A stretch of 64,000 bases of DNA from Patescibacteria group bacterium (GCA_022705505.1 JAKJEI010000001.1:8157-72156); one strand, 5' to 3'; shown: positions 26,914-37,212, counted from the first letter of the stretch. The notes: generated from the letters alone by a model not told the origin. Program-made: numbers and translations.

Positions 26914-28980
26914 GTGTCTAAAAATGTTTTCCAATTGAAATCTAAACTTAAACCGGCCGGGGACCAGCCCAAGGCAATTTTGGCGCTCAACAAAGGTCTG
27001 ACCAAAGAGTTGGGCCATCAAACTCTTTTGGGGGTAACTGGTTCAGGCAAAACTTTTACGATGGCCAATGTGATTGCCGCCCAAGATAAACCGGTTTTGG
27101 TCATTGCTCACAACAAGACTCTGGCGGCTCAGTTAGCGCAAGAGTACCGCGATTTTTTCCCCGATAACGCGGTTCATTATTTTGTTTCTTACTACGATTA
27201 CTATCAACCCGAAGCTTATGTTGTCGCGTCTGATACTTATATTGAAAAAGACGCCAGTATTAACGAAGAAATTGAACGTTTGCGTCATGCTTCAACGCAA
27301 GCTTTGCTCACCCGCCGTGATGTGGTTATTGTCGCCTCGGTCTCTTGTATCTATGGCTTGGGGAGTCCAAGTGAATATGCCAAAAGTCACCTCTTTTTTA
27401 AACGAGGTGACCAATTGTCCCGGAGCGACCTAATCCGCCGTTTAGTGGAGATTTATTATGAACGAACAAATGCCGACCTCTTGCCGGGACAATTCCGCGC
27501 GATTGGCAATTCGGTGGAAGTTATGCCACCGGGTGAGAGAGCGATTGTGAATATTAAAATTGAAGGAGACAAGGTGACGGAAATAATCATTTTGGACGCC
27601 GTCAGTCGCGCCATTGTTCGTGAATCTAAAGAAACTTTCTTTTTTCCAGCCAAACACTTTATTACGCAAGAAGATGAACGGAATCGGGCAATTATTTCTA
27701 TTAAAGCAGAATTAGAAAAACGCTTGGTTGAGTTAAACAAAGAGGGTAAAATCTTGGAAGCAGAAAGATTAAAGCGCCGAACCAATTATGACCTCGCAAC
27801 GATTCGGGAGGTTGGCTATTGCAACGGAATTGAAAATTATTCACGTCATCTTTCTGGCCGCGCTGCTGGCGAGGCGCCGGCCACGCTCTTGGATTATTTC
27901 CCGCGCCAAAAAGATGGCTCGCCTGACTTTTTGACGATTATTGACGAGTCGCACGTGACCGTGCCGCAAATTCGCGGAATGTATGCCGGCGATGAAAGTC
28001 GCAAAAAAACCTTGGTTGAGCACGGTTTCCGATTGCCGAGCGCTTTGGACAATCGTCCGCTTAAATTCCCGGAGTTCCAAGAAAGGATTGGCCAGGTGAT
28101 TTATACAAGCGCGACGCCAAGCGAATATGAAATAAGCGAAAGCCGACAAGCGGCGCAAGAAGCCGGTTTAAAGCCGGAGCTTGGTATCGTGGAACAAATT
28201 ATCCGCCCGACCGGCTTGCTTGACCCGATGATAGAAATTCGGCCAGTCAAGGCCTCAAGTTCTAAAAAAGCCCAAGCTTACGGCGGTCAAGTTGCCGATT
28301 TTATTGTTGAGGCAGAAAAAGAAATTAAAGCTGGCAATCGAGTAATTGCTACAACCCTAACAAAAAAAATGGCAGAGGATCTGTCACAGTTTTTGAGAGA
28401 GAAAAAAGTAAAATCGGAATATTTGCACAGCGAGGTAAAAACTTTGGAGCGGATTAAGATTTTAACCGATTTTCGCAAGGGCAAGTTTGATTGTTTGGTC
28501 GGGGTCAATCTTTTACGGGAAGGTCTAGACTTGCCGGAGGTGACCTTTATTGGCATTTTGGATGCTGACAAAGAGGGTTTTTTGCGCTCGGAAGTTTCTT
28601 TGATTCAGACGATTGGTCGAGCGGCGCGAAACGTAGACGGCCGAGTAATTCTTTACGCGGAGGTAATCACAGGTTCTATGCAAAAAGCGATAGACGAAAC
28701 TAATCGGCGACGAGCCCTGCAAATTGCCTATAACAAAAAACATCAGATTACTCCTCAATCAATTCAAAAAAAGATTAATGACATTACGGAAACTTTGGAA
28801 AGCGAGCGGGCAAGGACAGTCGGTGAAATGCTTACGGTGGACAGCAAGCTGTTTGGCGGTAATTTAAAGAAGGTGATAAAGGAAAAAGTAAAACAGTTGA
28901 ACGAAGCGGTGAAAGAGCTTGATTTTGAGACCGCGGCGATTATCAGGGACGAAATAAGAGCTCTGGAACAGAAGGCTTAG
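26914..28980 (+). CDS. uvrB: excinuclease ABC subunit B
   Basis: GTG start. MSKNVFQLKSKLKPAGDQPKAI...LLGVTGSGKTFTMANVIA. Confidence 0.95.
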   Translation: MSKNVFQLKSKLKPAGDQPKAILALNKGLTKELGHQTLLGVTGSGKTFTMANVIAAQDKPVLVIAHNKTLAAQLAQEYRDFFPDNAVHYFVSYYDYYQPEAYVVASDTYIEKDASINEEIERLRHASTQALLTRRDVVIVASVSCIYGLGSPSEYAKSHLFFKRGDQLSRSDLIRRLVEIYYERTNADLLPGQFRAIGNSVEVMPPGERAIVNIKIEGDKVTEIIILDAVSRAIVRESKETFFFPAKHFITQEDERNRAIISIKAELEKRLVELNKEGKILEAERLKRRTNYDLATIREVGYCNGIENYSRHLSGRAAGEAPATLLDYFPRQKDGSPDFLTIIDESHVTVPQIRGMYAGDESRKKTLVEHGFRLPSALDNRPLKFPEFQERIGQVIYTSATPSEYEISESRQAAQEAGLKPELGIVEQIIRPTGLLDPMIEIRPVKASSSKKAQAYGGQVADFIVEAEKEIKAGNRVIATTLTKKMAEDLSQFLREKKVKSEYLHSEVKTLERIKILTDFRKGKFDCLVGVNLLREGLDLPEVTFIGILDADKEGFLRSEVSLIQTIGRAARNVDGRVILYAEVITGSMQKAIDETNRRRALQIAYNKKHQITPQSIQKKINDITETLESERARTVGEMLTVDSKLFGGNLKKVIKEKVKQLNEAVKELDFETAAIIRDEIRALEQKA

Positions 28981-29064
28981 CAAAAAATAAAAACGGCGGG
29001 TTCTTGTTTGTTATTTGTAACCATGGTACACTAGAATAGTGTCGTGTGTACCTCCTTTCCGTTT

Positions 29065-29112
29065 GGGGTGTCTGGAATTAGCCCTGTAGGCCCAGACACC
29101 CCATATTTTTTT
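29065..29112 (+). terminator. intrinsic terminator: 11-bp stem ggggtgtctgg/ccagacacccc followed by atattttttt
   Basis: Stem-loop followed by a T7 run, 85 nt after the uvrB stop. Confidence 0.55.
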
Positions 29113-29249
29113 AGATGACGATGGTTTCGGTAGAGGTCCCTGCTCCACAAGACCATTCTTCCCGTTTTTATTTTTCTGTTTTTATGTTATAAACACATTA
29201 TCACCCCGTGGCCGAATCATGGGGCGTTTGGGCGTAAAAAGCTAATTTT

Positions 29250-31904
29250 ATGGAAGACAAAATAAAAATTAAAGGCGCGAGGACGCATAATCTAAAAAAT
29301 ATCAACCTGGAAATCCCGCGAAACAAACTCGTGGTTTTTACCGGACTGTCGGGCTCCGGCAAGTCATCGTTGGCTTTTGATACGATTTTTGCTGAAGGTC
29401 AGCGGCGTTATGTGGAATCGCTGTCAGCTTACGCCAGGCAATTTTTAAAACAGTTGCCTAAACCGGAAGTAGAGGAAATATCTGGTTTGTCGCCGGCAAT
29501 CTCTATTGACCAAAAATCTCGTTCACACAACCCGCGTTCCACGGTGGCAACCATTACCGAAATCTACGACTATTTGCGCGTTCTCTACGCGCGAATTGGC
29601 CATCCCTATTGTCCGGTTTGCGGCACTAAAATAGAAAAATTATCCAACGAAGAAATTGGCAATTTTATCAGAGATGAAATCTCTAAACATTCCACTGCGA
29701 GCGCGGTGGAAATTTACGCGCCAGTTATTCGCGGCCGTAAAGGAGAATACTACCAATTGCTCTATGATTTGCTGGAAAAAGGTTACTCAGAAGTAAAAAT
29801 AGACGGCGCGCGTCACAAATTGCGCGAACGGATTGTGATGGCCAGGACCAAAAAGCATGATATTGACGTTTTGGTTGACGAAATTGAATTGGTGGGCTTC
29901 TTGAGTCAAAAATCAGAGTCAAAGTTAAAAAAAGAGGTGGATCGAGCGATAACAGAGGCAGCTAACGAGCGATTGTCAGAAGCCGTGGAACGGGCGATCA
30001 AAGAAGCCAATGGTTTGGTCAAAGTGATAATTGGAGGGGAAGAATTTTTGTTGTCGGCTAAATTTGCCTGCCCCAACGATGGTTTTTCTTTTCCAGAAAT
30101 AGAACCGCGTCTTTTTTCTTTTAACTCACCTTACGGCGCTTGCCCAGTCTGCCACGGTTTGGGGACCAAACACTTGTTCGGCAACGAACCTTGTCCAGAA
30201 TGTTTGGGCGCGCGTCTGCGGCGAGAGGCCCTTCATGTTTTCATTGGTTCAACCAAAGAAAAATCAATCAAACAAGCGGAAGATGGAAAAGTTAAAACGA
30301 AAATAGAGAGAACCGGACTAAACATTGTTCAACTGACCGCTTTGTCTATTCGTGAAGCGACAGAATTTTTTGCTTCCTTAAAATTGACCGCTAAAGAAAA
30401 AGCCATTTCTGAAGTTTTGTTGCGCGAAATTGAAGCGCGCTTGAAGTTTCTTAATGATGTCGGTTTGGATTATATCGCGCTTGACCGGCGGGCAGATACT
30501 CTTTCCGGCGGCGAGGCTCAGCGGATTCGTCTGGCCTCGCAGCTTGGCTCACGTTTGGTCGGCACTTTGTATGTTTTAGACGAACCGACGATCGGTTTGC
30601 ACGCGCGTGATAACGACAAATTAATCAAAACCTTGCTTGAGTTGCGCGACTTGGGCAACTCTATTTTGGTGGTGGAACATGATGAAGACACAATCTTTTC
30701 TTCTGATTATTTGGTGGATATTGGGCCGGGGGCTGGCGTGCACGGCGGGGAAATTATCACTTCCGGTTGGACGGAAAAACTTTTAACGGCCAAGAAAAAT
30801 AATTTTGGTTCGCTGACGGTGGATTATTTGCGCGGCGAAAAGGAGGTGCCTTTTCCGGCGAAGAGGCGGCAAAACGACAAGGGTTCAATCAAAATCTGGG
30901 GGGGCAATATTTTCAACATCAAAAATCTAAATGTGGATATCCCGCTTGGCCGAATGGTGGCGGTGACTGGAGTTTCCGGTTCTGGAAAGTCTTCTTTGGT
31001 TTACGAAATTTTGTATAAAAATTTGCAAGGTCGCTTGGAACGGCGTTATCGGACCAACGAGGTTTTTAGCTGCAAGGAATTTTCTGGTTCGGAACATTTG
31101 GGGCGAGTGATTATGGTTGACCAGTCACCGATTGGCCGCACTCCGCGTTCCAATCCGGCCACTTATACCGGCGCTTTTACTTTTATTCGCAATTTGTTTG
31201 CTTCTACTGCGTTGGCGAGAGCGCGGGGCTGGAGTCCGTCTCGTTTTTCTTTTAATGTCCAAGGTGGTCGTTGTGAAGCCTGTCAAGGCAATGGGGAAAT
31301 CGCGGTGGAAATGCACTTTTTGCCGACGATTTTTGTGCCTTGCGACGTTTGCGGCGGCAAGCGTTATGAGAAGGATACCTTGGAGGTGGAGTACAAGAAG
31401 AAAAATATTTACCAAGTGCTCAAGATGACAATTGAAGAAACACTCCTCTTTTTTAATGATATTCCAGCTATTTATGACCGTTTAAAAACTCTTAACGAAG
31501 TTGGTTTGGGTTATTTGGAATTGGGGCAACCAGCCAATACTCTTTCCGGCGGCGAGGCACAACGAGTTAAAATTTCGTCCGAACTTTATCGGCCACAAAC
31601 TGAACGGACCATTTATCTTTTAGACGAACCGACTATCGGGTTACATTATGAAGATGTAAAAAATTTAATAGAAATTTTGCAAAAGTTAGTAGAAAAGGGG
31701 AACACTGTTTTGGTCATTGAACATAATATGGAAGTGATTAAAAATGCCGATTACGTGATTGATATGGGGCCGGAAGGCGGCAACGGCGGTGGCCAGGTGG
31801 TCGCTGCCGGCACACCGGAAGAAGTGGCTTACGCCAGTGGCTCGCACACGGCCAAATATCTAAAACGAGCGTTGAACTTGAACAAGAGAGACAAAAAACA
31901 GTAG
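29250..31904 (+). CDS. uvrA: excinuclease ABC subunit A
   Basis: Two ABC modules with LSGGEAQR signatures and zinc-finger Cys clusters. Confidence 0.95.
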   Translation: MEDKIKIKGARTHNLKNINLEIPRNKLVVFTGLSGSGKSSLAFDTIFAEGQRRYVESLSAYARQFLKQLPKPEVEEISGLSPAISIDQKSRSHNPRSTVATITEIYDYLRVLYARIGHPYCPVCGTKIEKLSNEEIGNFIRDEISKHSTASAVEIYAPVIRGRKGEYYQLLYDLLEKGYSEVKIDGARHKLRERIVMARTKKHDIDVLVDEIELVGFLSQKSESKLKKEVDRAITEAANERLSEAVERAIKEANGLVKVIIGGEEFLLSAKFACPNDGFSFPEIEPRLFSFNSPYGACPVCHGLGTKHLFGNEPCPECLGARLRREALHVFIGSTKEKSIKQAEDGKVKTKIERTGLNIVQLTALSIREATEFFASLKLTAKEKAISEVLLREIEARLKFLNDVGLDYIALDRRADTLSGGEAQRIRLASQLGSRLVGTLYVLDEPTIGLHARDNDKLIKTLLELRDLGNSILVVEHDEDTIFSSDYLVDIGPGAGVHGGEIITSGWTEKLLTAKKNNFGSLTVDYLRGEKEVPFPAKRRQNDKGSIKIWGGNIFNIKNLNVDIPLGRMVAVTGVSGSGKSSLVYEILYKNLQGRLERRYRTNEVFSCKEFSGSEHLGRVIMVDQSPIGRTPRSNPATYTGAFTFIRNLFASTALARARGWSPSRFSFNVQGGRCEACQGNGEIAVEMHFLPTIFVPCDVCGGKRYEKDTLEVEYKKKNIYQVLKMTIEETLLFFNDIPAIYDRLKTLNEVGLGYLELGQPANTLSGGEAQRVKISSELYRPQTERTIYLLDEPTIGLHYEDVKNLIEILQKLVEKGNTVLVIEHNMEVIKNADYVIDMGPEGGNGGGQVVAAGTPEEVAYASGSHTAKYLKRALNLNKRDKKQ

Positions 31905-31944
31905 TATTAGCAAAGAGCCAAGTTGACCGGCTCTAAGTCCTTTT

Positions 31945-33279
31945 ATGTTTTTACGTATTGATATCACAAAGTATAAGCTGCCAGACAAACCGGGCGTTTA
32001 TTATTTTTTGGGGTCGTCGAAACTTGGCAAGACAACAAAAGACGCGCGTGGGGTTTTGTATATTGGCAAGGCCACTTCTCTCAAAGATCGGGTGCGCAGC
32101 TATTTTAATGGCGATCTTGGCGAAACTCGCGGACCAAAGATAGAACAAATGCTTTTGCAAGCGGCTGACCTGAAGTGGCAAGAAACCGATTCAGTGCTTG
32201 AGGCCTTGATTCTGGAAGCCGAGCTTATAAAAAAACATCAACCGCCATATAACACCCGCGAAAAAGATGACAAGAGTTATTGGTATGTGGTTATCACCAA
32301 AGAAGATTACCCGCGCGTCTTGATGAGACGCGGGCGCGAGTTAGAGAAAGACTTGTCCCGAAAATATGAGATTGAAAAAACTTTCGGTCCATTTCCTTTT
32401 TCGTCAGAGTTAAAAGCGGCCCTAAAAATTGTTCGCCGGATTTTCCCTTATCGCGACACTTGTTTACTTTATTCTGAAAAAAATAAGGGTCTAAAAGTTC
32501 CGGGTTTGCGCGGTTGTTTCAATAGCCAAATTGGTCTTTGTCCCGGAGTTTGCACGGGCGCGATTGACAAGAAAACTTACCGTCAAATAATCAAGAATCT
32601 GGGGCTCTTTTTTGAGGGCAAAAAAGAGCAAGTGGTAAAAAATTTGGAAAAAGAAATGAAAATAGCGGTCAAAGCGCAAAACTTTGAGGAAGCCGCGCGC
32701 TGGCGCGATCAAATTTTTGCGCTTAAGCATATCCAAGATGTTTCCTTGCTAAAAAATACCAAAACAGAAAATTTTTTGTTTGAGGCTGGAGCAGAACTAG
32801 TTAATCGTCGGAACGGAAAAGAGAAGACTGTTTTTCGTTTAGAGGCTTATGATGTAGCGCATTTGGCTGGGGCCGGCACGGTTGGCGCGATGGCTGTATG
32901 GGAAGGGCGCGAACTAAATAAAAGTGAATATAGACTTTTCAAATTGCGCGGTCGGAGCGCCAACAAGAGTGACGATACCGGCAACCTGGCGGAAATTTTG
33001 CGGCGACGTTTTACGCATCGGGAATGGAGGCTGCCGGATTTGGTTGTAGTTGATGGCGGACAAGCGCAATTTAACGCGGCTCAAAAAACTTTGAATCAGC
33101 TGAACCTTAGTCTGCCCTTGGTTGCGGTCGTCAAAGACGAAAAGCACCGCCCGCGGGAAATATTGGGCGAGAAGACAATGGCCAAGAACCACCGGCGAAA
33201 AATTTTGGCGGTTAATGCCGATGTCCACCGTTTTGTGCTTGCTTACCATAGAAAAATTTTACGGCAGATGTTAAAATAA
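31945..33279 (+). CDS. uvrC: excinuclease ABC subunit C, short form lacking the C-terminal (HhH)2 domain
   Basis: GIY-YIG N-terminus (PGVYYF...LYIGKATSLKDRVRSYF), UvrBC-interaction region and endonuclease domain. The protein ends after the RNase-H-like endonuclease region at 444 aa. Confidence 0.85.
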   Translation: MFLRIDITKYKLPDKPGVYYFLGSSKLGKTTKDARGVLYIGKATSLKDRVRSYFNGDLGETRGPKIEQMLLQAADLKWQETDSVLEALILEAELIKKHQPPYNTREKDDKSYWYVVITKEDYPRVLMRRGRELEKDLSRKYEIEKTFGPFPFSSELKAALKIVRRIFPYRDTCLLYSEKNKGLKVPGLRGCFNSQIGLCPGVCTGAIDKKTYRQIIKNLGLFFEGKKEQVVKNLEKEMKIAVKAQNFEEAARWRDQIFALKHIQDVSLLKNTKTENFLFEAGAELVNRRNGKEKTVFRLEAYDVAHLAGAGTVGAMAVWEGRELNKSEYRLFKLRGRSANKSDDTGNLAEILRRRFTHREWRLPDLVVVDGGQAQFNAAQKTLNQLNLSLPLVAVVKDEKHRPREILGEKTMAKNHRRKILAVNADVHRFVLAYHRKILRQMLK

Positions 33280-33284
33280 AAAGA

Positions 33285-34280
33285 ATGGATTCCTATCCAA
33301 GTTCACTTTTTGATTTATTTATTTTATTGTCCTCTCCTACTTTTTGGTTGGTGGCGCTTCTTATCTTTGTGGCGGCCGCTGTTTTGGGCTATTGGTATCG
33401 CGGCCGCAGCGGCCGAGTCCAAATGTCCATAAAGGAAGCAAACCTAAAAACCAGGCAAATCAAGGAGTTGGAAAAAATTAATCGTGAATTGGAAAACAAA
33501 AATCGCGAACTTTACGCCAAAGAACTAGAGTTGGTGATGGCCAACAAGCGCTTGCAGTCCCTAGAGGCAGCCAAGTCAAAATTTATTTCAGTGACCACTC
33601 ATCAATTACGGACGCCTCTGGCCGCCATTAAGTGGACTTTTGATATGGCCGTCAAGGGTCAGCTGGGCAAAGTTAATGAAGAGTTCAAAAAGTTTATGGA
33701 AAAGGGCTTCCAAAGCACCGAGAGGGTTATTTCCATTGTGAATGACTTGCTAAAAATAGACACGATTGAAACTGGCAAGTTAGACTTTGTTTTCAAACCA
33801 ACGAATATTGTTGATTTAATAAACAATGTTATAGGCGAGTTTTGTAACCAGGTAAAGACTCGGCAATTGGAAATTATTTTTGAAAAACCCGCTAATCGGG
33901 TGCCGTTCGTAGAGATTGATGAAAACAAAATTAGAATGGTTCTGGAAAACTTAATAGACAATGCCATAAAATACAATTTGCCAAATGGGAAAATTTTCAT
34001 CAAGATAAGCGACGCTCGTCTTAACAGCGCGGAAAGCAGTTTGCAAATATCAATTACCGACTCGGGCATTGGGATCCCGGACGGCGAAGAAGACAAAATG
34101 TTTCAAAAGTTTTTCCGAGCCAGCAATGCCATCAAACAAGAACCGGATGGCAGCGGTTTGGGGCTTTATATCACTCGAGAAATCATAGAGAAACATCATG
34201 GCGCGATTTGGTTTGAAAGGGGCAAAGATGGAGGTACCAGTTTCACTTTCACTTTACCTTTGCACCAGAAAAAAGTATAA
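33285..34280 (+). CDS. sensor histidine kinase
   Basis: N-terminal TM segment and coiled coil, H-box VTTHQLRTPLAAIKW, and HATPase_c G-boxes (DSGIGIP...GSGLGLYI). Confidence 0.8.
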   Translation: MDSYPSSLFDLFILLSSPTFWLVALLIFVAAAVLGYWYRGRSGRVQMSIKEANLKTRQIKELEKINRELENKNRELYAKELELVMANKRLQSLEAAKSKFISVTTHQLRTPLAAIKWTFDMAVKGQLGKVNEEFKKFMEKGFQSTERVISIVNDLLKIDTIETGKLDFVFKPTNIVDLINNVIGEFCNQVKTRQLEIIFEKPANRVPFVEIDENKIRMVLENLIDNAIKYNLPNGKIFIKISDARLNSAESSLQISITDSGIGIPDGEEDKMFQKFFRASNAIKQEPDGSGLGLYITREIIEKHHGAIWFERGKDGGTSFTFTLPLHQKKV

Positions 34281-34335
34281 TGGGGAGCAGGGAAAAATCC
34301 TTGATTTACAAGCTTTAAACATCTAATTTTATAAA

Positions 34336-34704
34336 ATGACAAAGAAAATATTGATTGTTGAAGATGATGAGTTCCTTCGTTCTCTAAATGCCAAACGTTT
34401 GGAAGGGGAGGGTTTTGAGGTTTTGGTAGCGGTTGATGGCAACGAAGCCTTGACTAAATTGACCGAAATAAAACCAGACTTGATTTTTTTGGATTTACTT
34501 TTGCCTAACGTGGACGGTTTTGAAGTTTTGACTAAAATCAAGCAAGATGAAACAACCAAAAATATTCCGGTAATTGTCTTTTCTAACTTAGGACAGGCTG
34601 AGGATATTGAAAAAGCCAAAAAATTGGGCGCCGATGATTTTATGGTCAAAGCCAATTTTACGTTGGACGACGTCATCAGCAAGATTAAGGAGACACTCAA
34701 GTAG
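34336..34704 (+). CDS. single-domain response regulator (CheY-like receiver)
   Basis: ILIVEDDEFL...DLIFLDLLLPNVDGFEVL...PVIVFSN. No output domain is present. Confidence 0.8.
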   Translation: MTKKILIVEDDEFLRSLNAKRLEGEGFEVLVAVDGNEALTKLTEIKPDLIFLDLLLPNVDGFEVLTKIKQDETTKNIPVIVFSNLGQAEDIEKAKKLGADDFMVKANFTLDDVISKIKETLK

Positions 34705-34789
34705 TTGATTGGTTTCTAAATTACTCTAAAGTTGTTGCCATACTGCTTTTAACTTTTAACTTATTTTCTTCTTGTGTTAAAATATAAGC

Positions 34790-35770
34790 ATGTCTTCATC
34801 CTTGATTAGGGTCGGAGTTATGCGTGGCGGTCTTGGGTCTGAATATGAAGTCTCGCTCAAAACGGGCGCGACCGTTTTGGAGTATTTGCCGCGCGAAAAA
34901 TATCAACCGCGAGATATTTTGATTACCAAAGATGGCCAATGGCATATGGATGGCTTTGGGATAGAACCGGCTCGTTTGCGAAACAGTCTGGACGTCGTCT
35001 TTAATGCCTTGCATGGCGAGTTCGGCGAAGATGGGCAAGTTCAAACCTTGCTTGATAACACAATGCTGCCCTATACCGGTTCTGGCCGTTTGGCTTCGGC
35101 GCTAGGAATGAACAAGGTGGCCGCCAAAGAAATTATCTCGCGCGCCGGGCTGAAGGTTCCGCGCGGTGTCCACCTCAAGTTTAAACCGGAGACTAAGGCC
35201 GAAGCGGTTGCTTATGACGTTTTTTTAAAAATTTCACCGCCTTGGATTGTTAAGCCGGTCAGTCGCGGTTCCTCCGTTGGCGTCTTTTTGGCAAAGACCT
35301 TTGATGACTTGGTTGTTGCGGTTTCGGAATGTTTCAAAATCAGTGAAGTCATCTTGGTGGAAGAATACATCAGAGGGCGCGAAGCGACCTGCGGTGTGGT
35401 GGACGATTTTCGCGGACATAAAACTTACCCGCTCTTGCCGATTGAAATCGCGCCGCCGGCTGGCAAAAAGTTTTTTGATTATGAGGCCAAGTATTCCGGT
35501 CAGTCAACTGAGATTTGCCCCAGTCAGTTTTCAATTGAAGAAAAAAGAGAACTGGGCGAGTTAGCGGCTGCTGTTCATAAACTGCTTGGTCTTAAGCATT
35601 ACTCACGCACTGACTTCATCGTTTCGCCACGCGGAATCTATATTTTGGAAGTCAATTCTTTGCCCGGTTTGACAGCCGAATCTTTGGTTCCCAAATCCTT
35701 GGCGGCTCTTGGCGTCCCCCTGCCGCATTTTTTGGACCATGTTGTTTCCCTCGCTTTAGGCAGAAAATAA
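34790..35770 (+). CDS. ddl: D-alanine--D-alanine ligase
   Basis: IRVGVMRGGLGSEYEVSLKTG... followed by an ATP-grasp pattern. Confidence 0.9.
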   Translation: MSSSLIRVGVMRGGLGSEYEVSLKTGATVLEYLPREKYQPRDILITKDGQWHMDGFGIEPARLRNSLDVVFNALHGEFGEDGQVQTLLDNTMLPYTGSGRLASALGMNKVAAKEIISRAGLKVPRGVHLKFKPETKAEAVAYDVFLKISPPWIVKPVSRGSSVGVFLAKTFDDLVVAVSECFKISEVILVEEYIRGREATCGVVDDFRGHKTYPLLPIEIAPPAGKKFFDYEAKYSGQSTEICPSQFSIEEKRELGELAAAVHKLLGLKHYSRTDFIVSPRGIYILEVNSLPGLTAESLVPKSLAALGVPLPHFLDHVVSLALGRK

Positions 35771-35825
35771 ATTCAGGCGGGCCAATCGCGCTCAAGGAGG
35801 CCCTTGGTTAGTTAATTTAACATAG

Positions 35826-35857
35826 AGCTTGTTACGTAGCATGTTACGTAACAGCTT
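35826..35857. repeat. 32-bp near-palindrome with core GTTACGTA-RCATGY-TACGTAAC (copy 1 of 2)
   Basis: agcttgttacgtagcatgttacgtaacagctt. A second copy of the core, in reverse-complement form, is at 46817-46848. Confidence 0.5.
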
Positions 35858-35894
35858 CGCCCTCAAAAGGAGGTCTGACCTCCTTTTGAGGGCG
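35858..35894 (+). terminator. 16-17 bp perfect hairpin cgccctcaaaaggagg..cctccttttgagggcg followed by atttattt
   Basis: Lies downstream of the ddl stop and immediately 3' of tRNA-Ala on the other strand. Confidence 0.5.
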
Positions 35895-35901
35895 ATTTAT
35901 T

Positions 35902-35978
35902 TGGTGGACCCGACCGGGCTCGAACCGGTGACCTCCACATTGCAAATGTGGCGTTCTAGCCAACTGAACTACGGGCCC
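35902..35978 (-). tRNA. tRNA-Ala (anticodon UGC), CCA encoded
   Basis: The reverse complement GGGCCCGTAGTTCAGTTGGCTAGAACGCCACATTTGCAATGTGGAGGTCACCGGTTCGAGCCCGGTCGGGTCCACCA folds as a full cloverleaf and carries the G3:U70 alanine identity pair. Confidence 0.9.
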
Positions 35979-36065
35979 TGAATATTAAAATATACACAAG
36001 CGTATACTTTGGGTAAACAAAATTAATATAACACAAACTAGGACAGGCTGGAATACCTGTCAGCT

Positions 36066-36107
36066 AAAAAACCGACAACCTCCCACGGAAGGAGGTTGTC
36101 GGTTTTT
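36066..36107. terminator. bidirectional terminator: 17-bp stem aaaaaccgacaacctcc / ggaggttgtcggttttt
   Basis: Perfect inverted repeat flanked by A5 and T5 runs, 10 nt beyond the stop of the minus-strand small ORF. Confidence 0.5.
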
Positions 36108-36116
36108 AGGTTATTT

Positions 36117-36326
36117 CTATTCAAGCAAGTCTGTCTCCGAAGTGGTGGCGCTGGTCGTTCCGAAGATGTCCTCATTGTCAAAATCATCAAAGACATCGCC
36201 GCTTGTTGTCGTGTCCGGAACGACATCAATATCATTAGGTTCAGCGACATAATAATTGTAGATAATTATGCCCAAAACAACAATGATTATCAAAACAATG
36301 ATTGTTGTAACTATTTTTGAGTCCAT
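36117..36326 (-). CDS. small membrane protein with acidic C-terminal tail (hypothetical)
   Basis: 69 aa with an N-terminal TM helix (IVTTIIVLIIIVVLGIIIY) and a D/E-rich tail. A terminator directly follows. Confidence 0.4.
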   Translation of the reverse strand: MDSKIVTTIIVLIIIVVLGIIIYNYYVAEPNDIDVVPDTTTSGDVFDDFDNEDIFGTTSATTSETDLLE

Positions 36327-36611
36327 ATTTTACAAAATAAATTGCTGATAATTTTAAAAACGACTAAATTTATTGCTGTTTTAATTAATCATGAATTTTA
36401 TGAAGTTTCTATTAAAATCGGCTGAACTACTTTTATTAAAGCGCTCAGCCAGGAGTTTTTATTAAAAAGCTGGCAAACATATCTTGATTTGTTTTTTTTT
36501 GCGCGTAAAACTTTTTAACTCTTTTACAATTTATAAAAGATTTGTTATATTTACATTTGAAAATAGTCTAAAATTGGACTATGGTGTCGTGGGCAAGAGT
36601 TTTCTGGTCAA

Positions 36612-36684
36612 GGGCCATTAGCTCATTTGGTAGAGCGCTCCCATGGCATGGGAGAGGTGACCGGTTCGATTCCGGTATGGTCCA
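36612..36684 (+). tRNA. tRNA-Ala (anticodon GGC)
   Basis: GGGCCATTAGCTCATTTGGTAGAGCGCTCCCATGGCATGGGAGAGGTGACCGGTTCGATTCCGGTATGGTCCA folds as a perfect cloverleaf with G3:U70. Confidence 0.9.
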
Positions 36685-36685
36685 C

Positions 36686-36913
36686 ATGTTTAAAGAATTT
36701 TTTGTTAAAAAAATGTTGCAATCTAAGGGCGTGTCTAAAGAACAAATCGAGCCCTTGATGGCGATTGTCAAGAAAAATCCGGCTTTTTTTCAACAAATTG
36801 CCGGTGAAATTGAAGAAAAAGTCAAAAAAAATAAGGTTGACCATATGACGGCGACAATGGAAATCATCAATAATCACCGCGACGAATTGCAAAAACTGCT
36901 AACGGACAAATAA
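36686..36913 (+). CDS. small helical hypothetical protein (75 aa) starting 2 nt after the tRNA-Ala 3' end
   Basis: MFKEFFVKKMLQSKGVSKEQIEPLMAIVKKNPAFFQQIAGEIEEKV.... The track ORF at 36581 runs through the tRNA and is rejected in favour of this internal ATG. Confidence 0.4.
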   Translation: MFKEFFVKKMLQSKGVSKEQIEPLMAIVKKNPAFFQQIAGEIEEKVKKNKVDHMTATMEIINNHRDELQKLLTDK

Positions 36914-36918
36914 CAAAG

Positions 36919-37209
36919 ATGGCCTTGGTGTCCGACTTTAGAACAAAAGTTTTGGACGTTGTTTCGCAAATTAAAGTTGGCGAGACGCTTTCTTATGGTG
37001 AAGTGGCGCGGCGCGCCGGTTCGCCCAAGGCCGCGCGCGCCGTGGGCAACATATTGAATAAAAATTTTAATCCGCAAATTCCTTGTCATCGGGTCATTCG
37101 CGCTGACGGTCAGGTCGGCGGTTATAACCGCGGCGGCAAAGCCAAAATTCGTCGGCTCAAGCAAGAAGGCGCCAAGTTGGTTTTTGGCTTAACTAGTGCT
37201 AAAGTTTAA
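36919..37209 (+). CDS. ogt: methylated-DNA--protein-cysteine methyltransferase, C-terminal catalytic domain only
   Basis: IPCHRVIRADGQVGGY (PCHRV active-site motif). At 96 aa it has no N-terminal domain. Confidence 0.8.
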   Translation: MALVSDFRTKVLDVVSQIKVGETLSYGEVARRAGSPKAARAVGNILNKNFNPQIPCHRVIRADGQVGGYNRGGKAKIRRLKQEGAKLVFGLTSAKV

Positions 37210-37212
37210 GCT

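Noticed and set aside
36581-36913. 110-aa plus-strand ORF spanning tRNA-Ala(GGC)
   Set aside because: The N-terminal 35 codons are the tRNA gene itself read as protein. Only the part from the ATG at 36686 is retained as a possible small protein.
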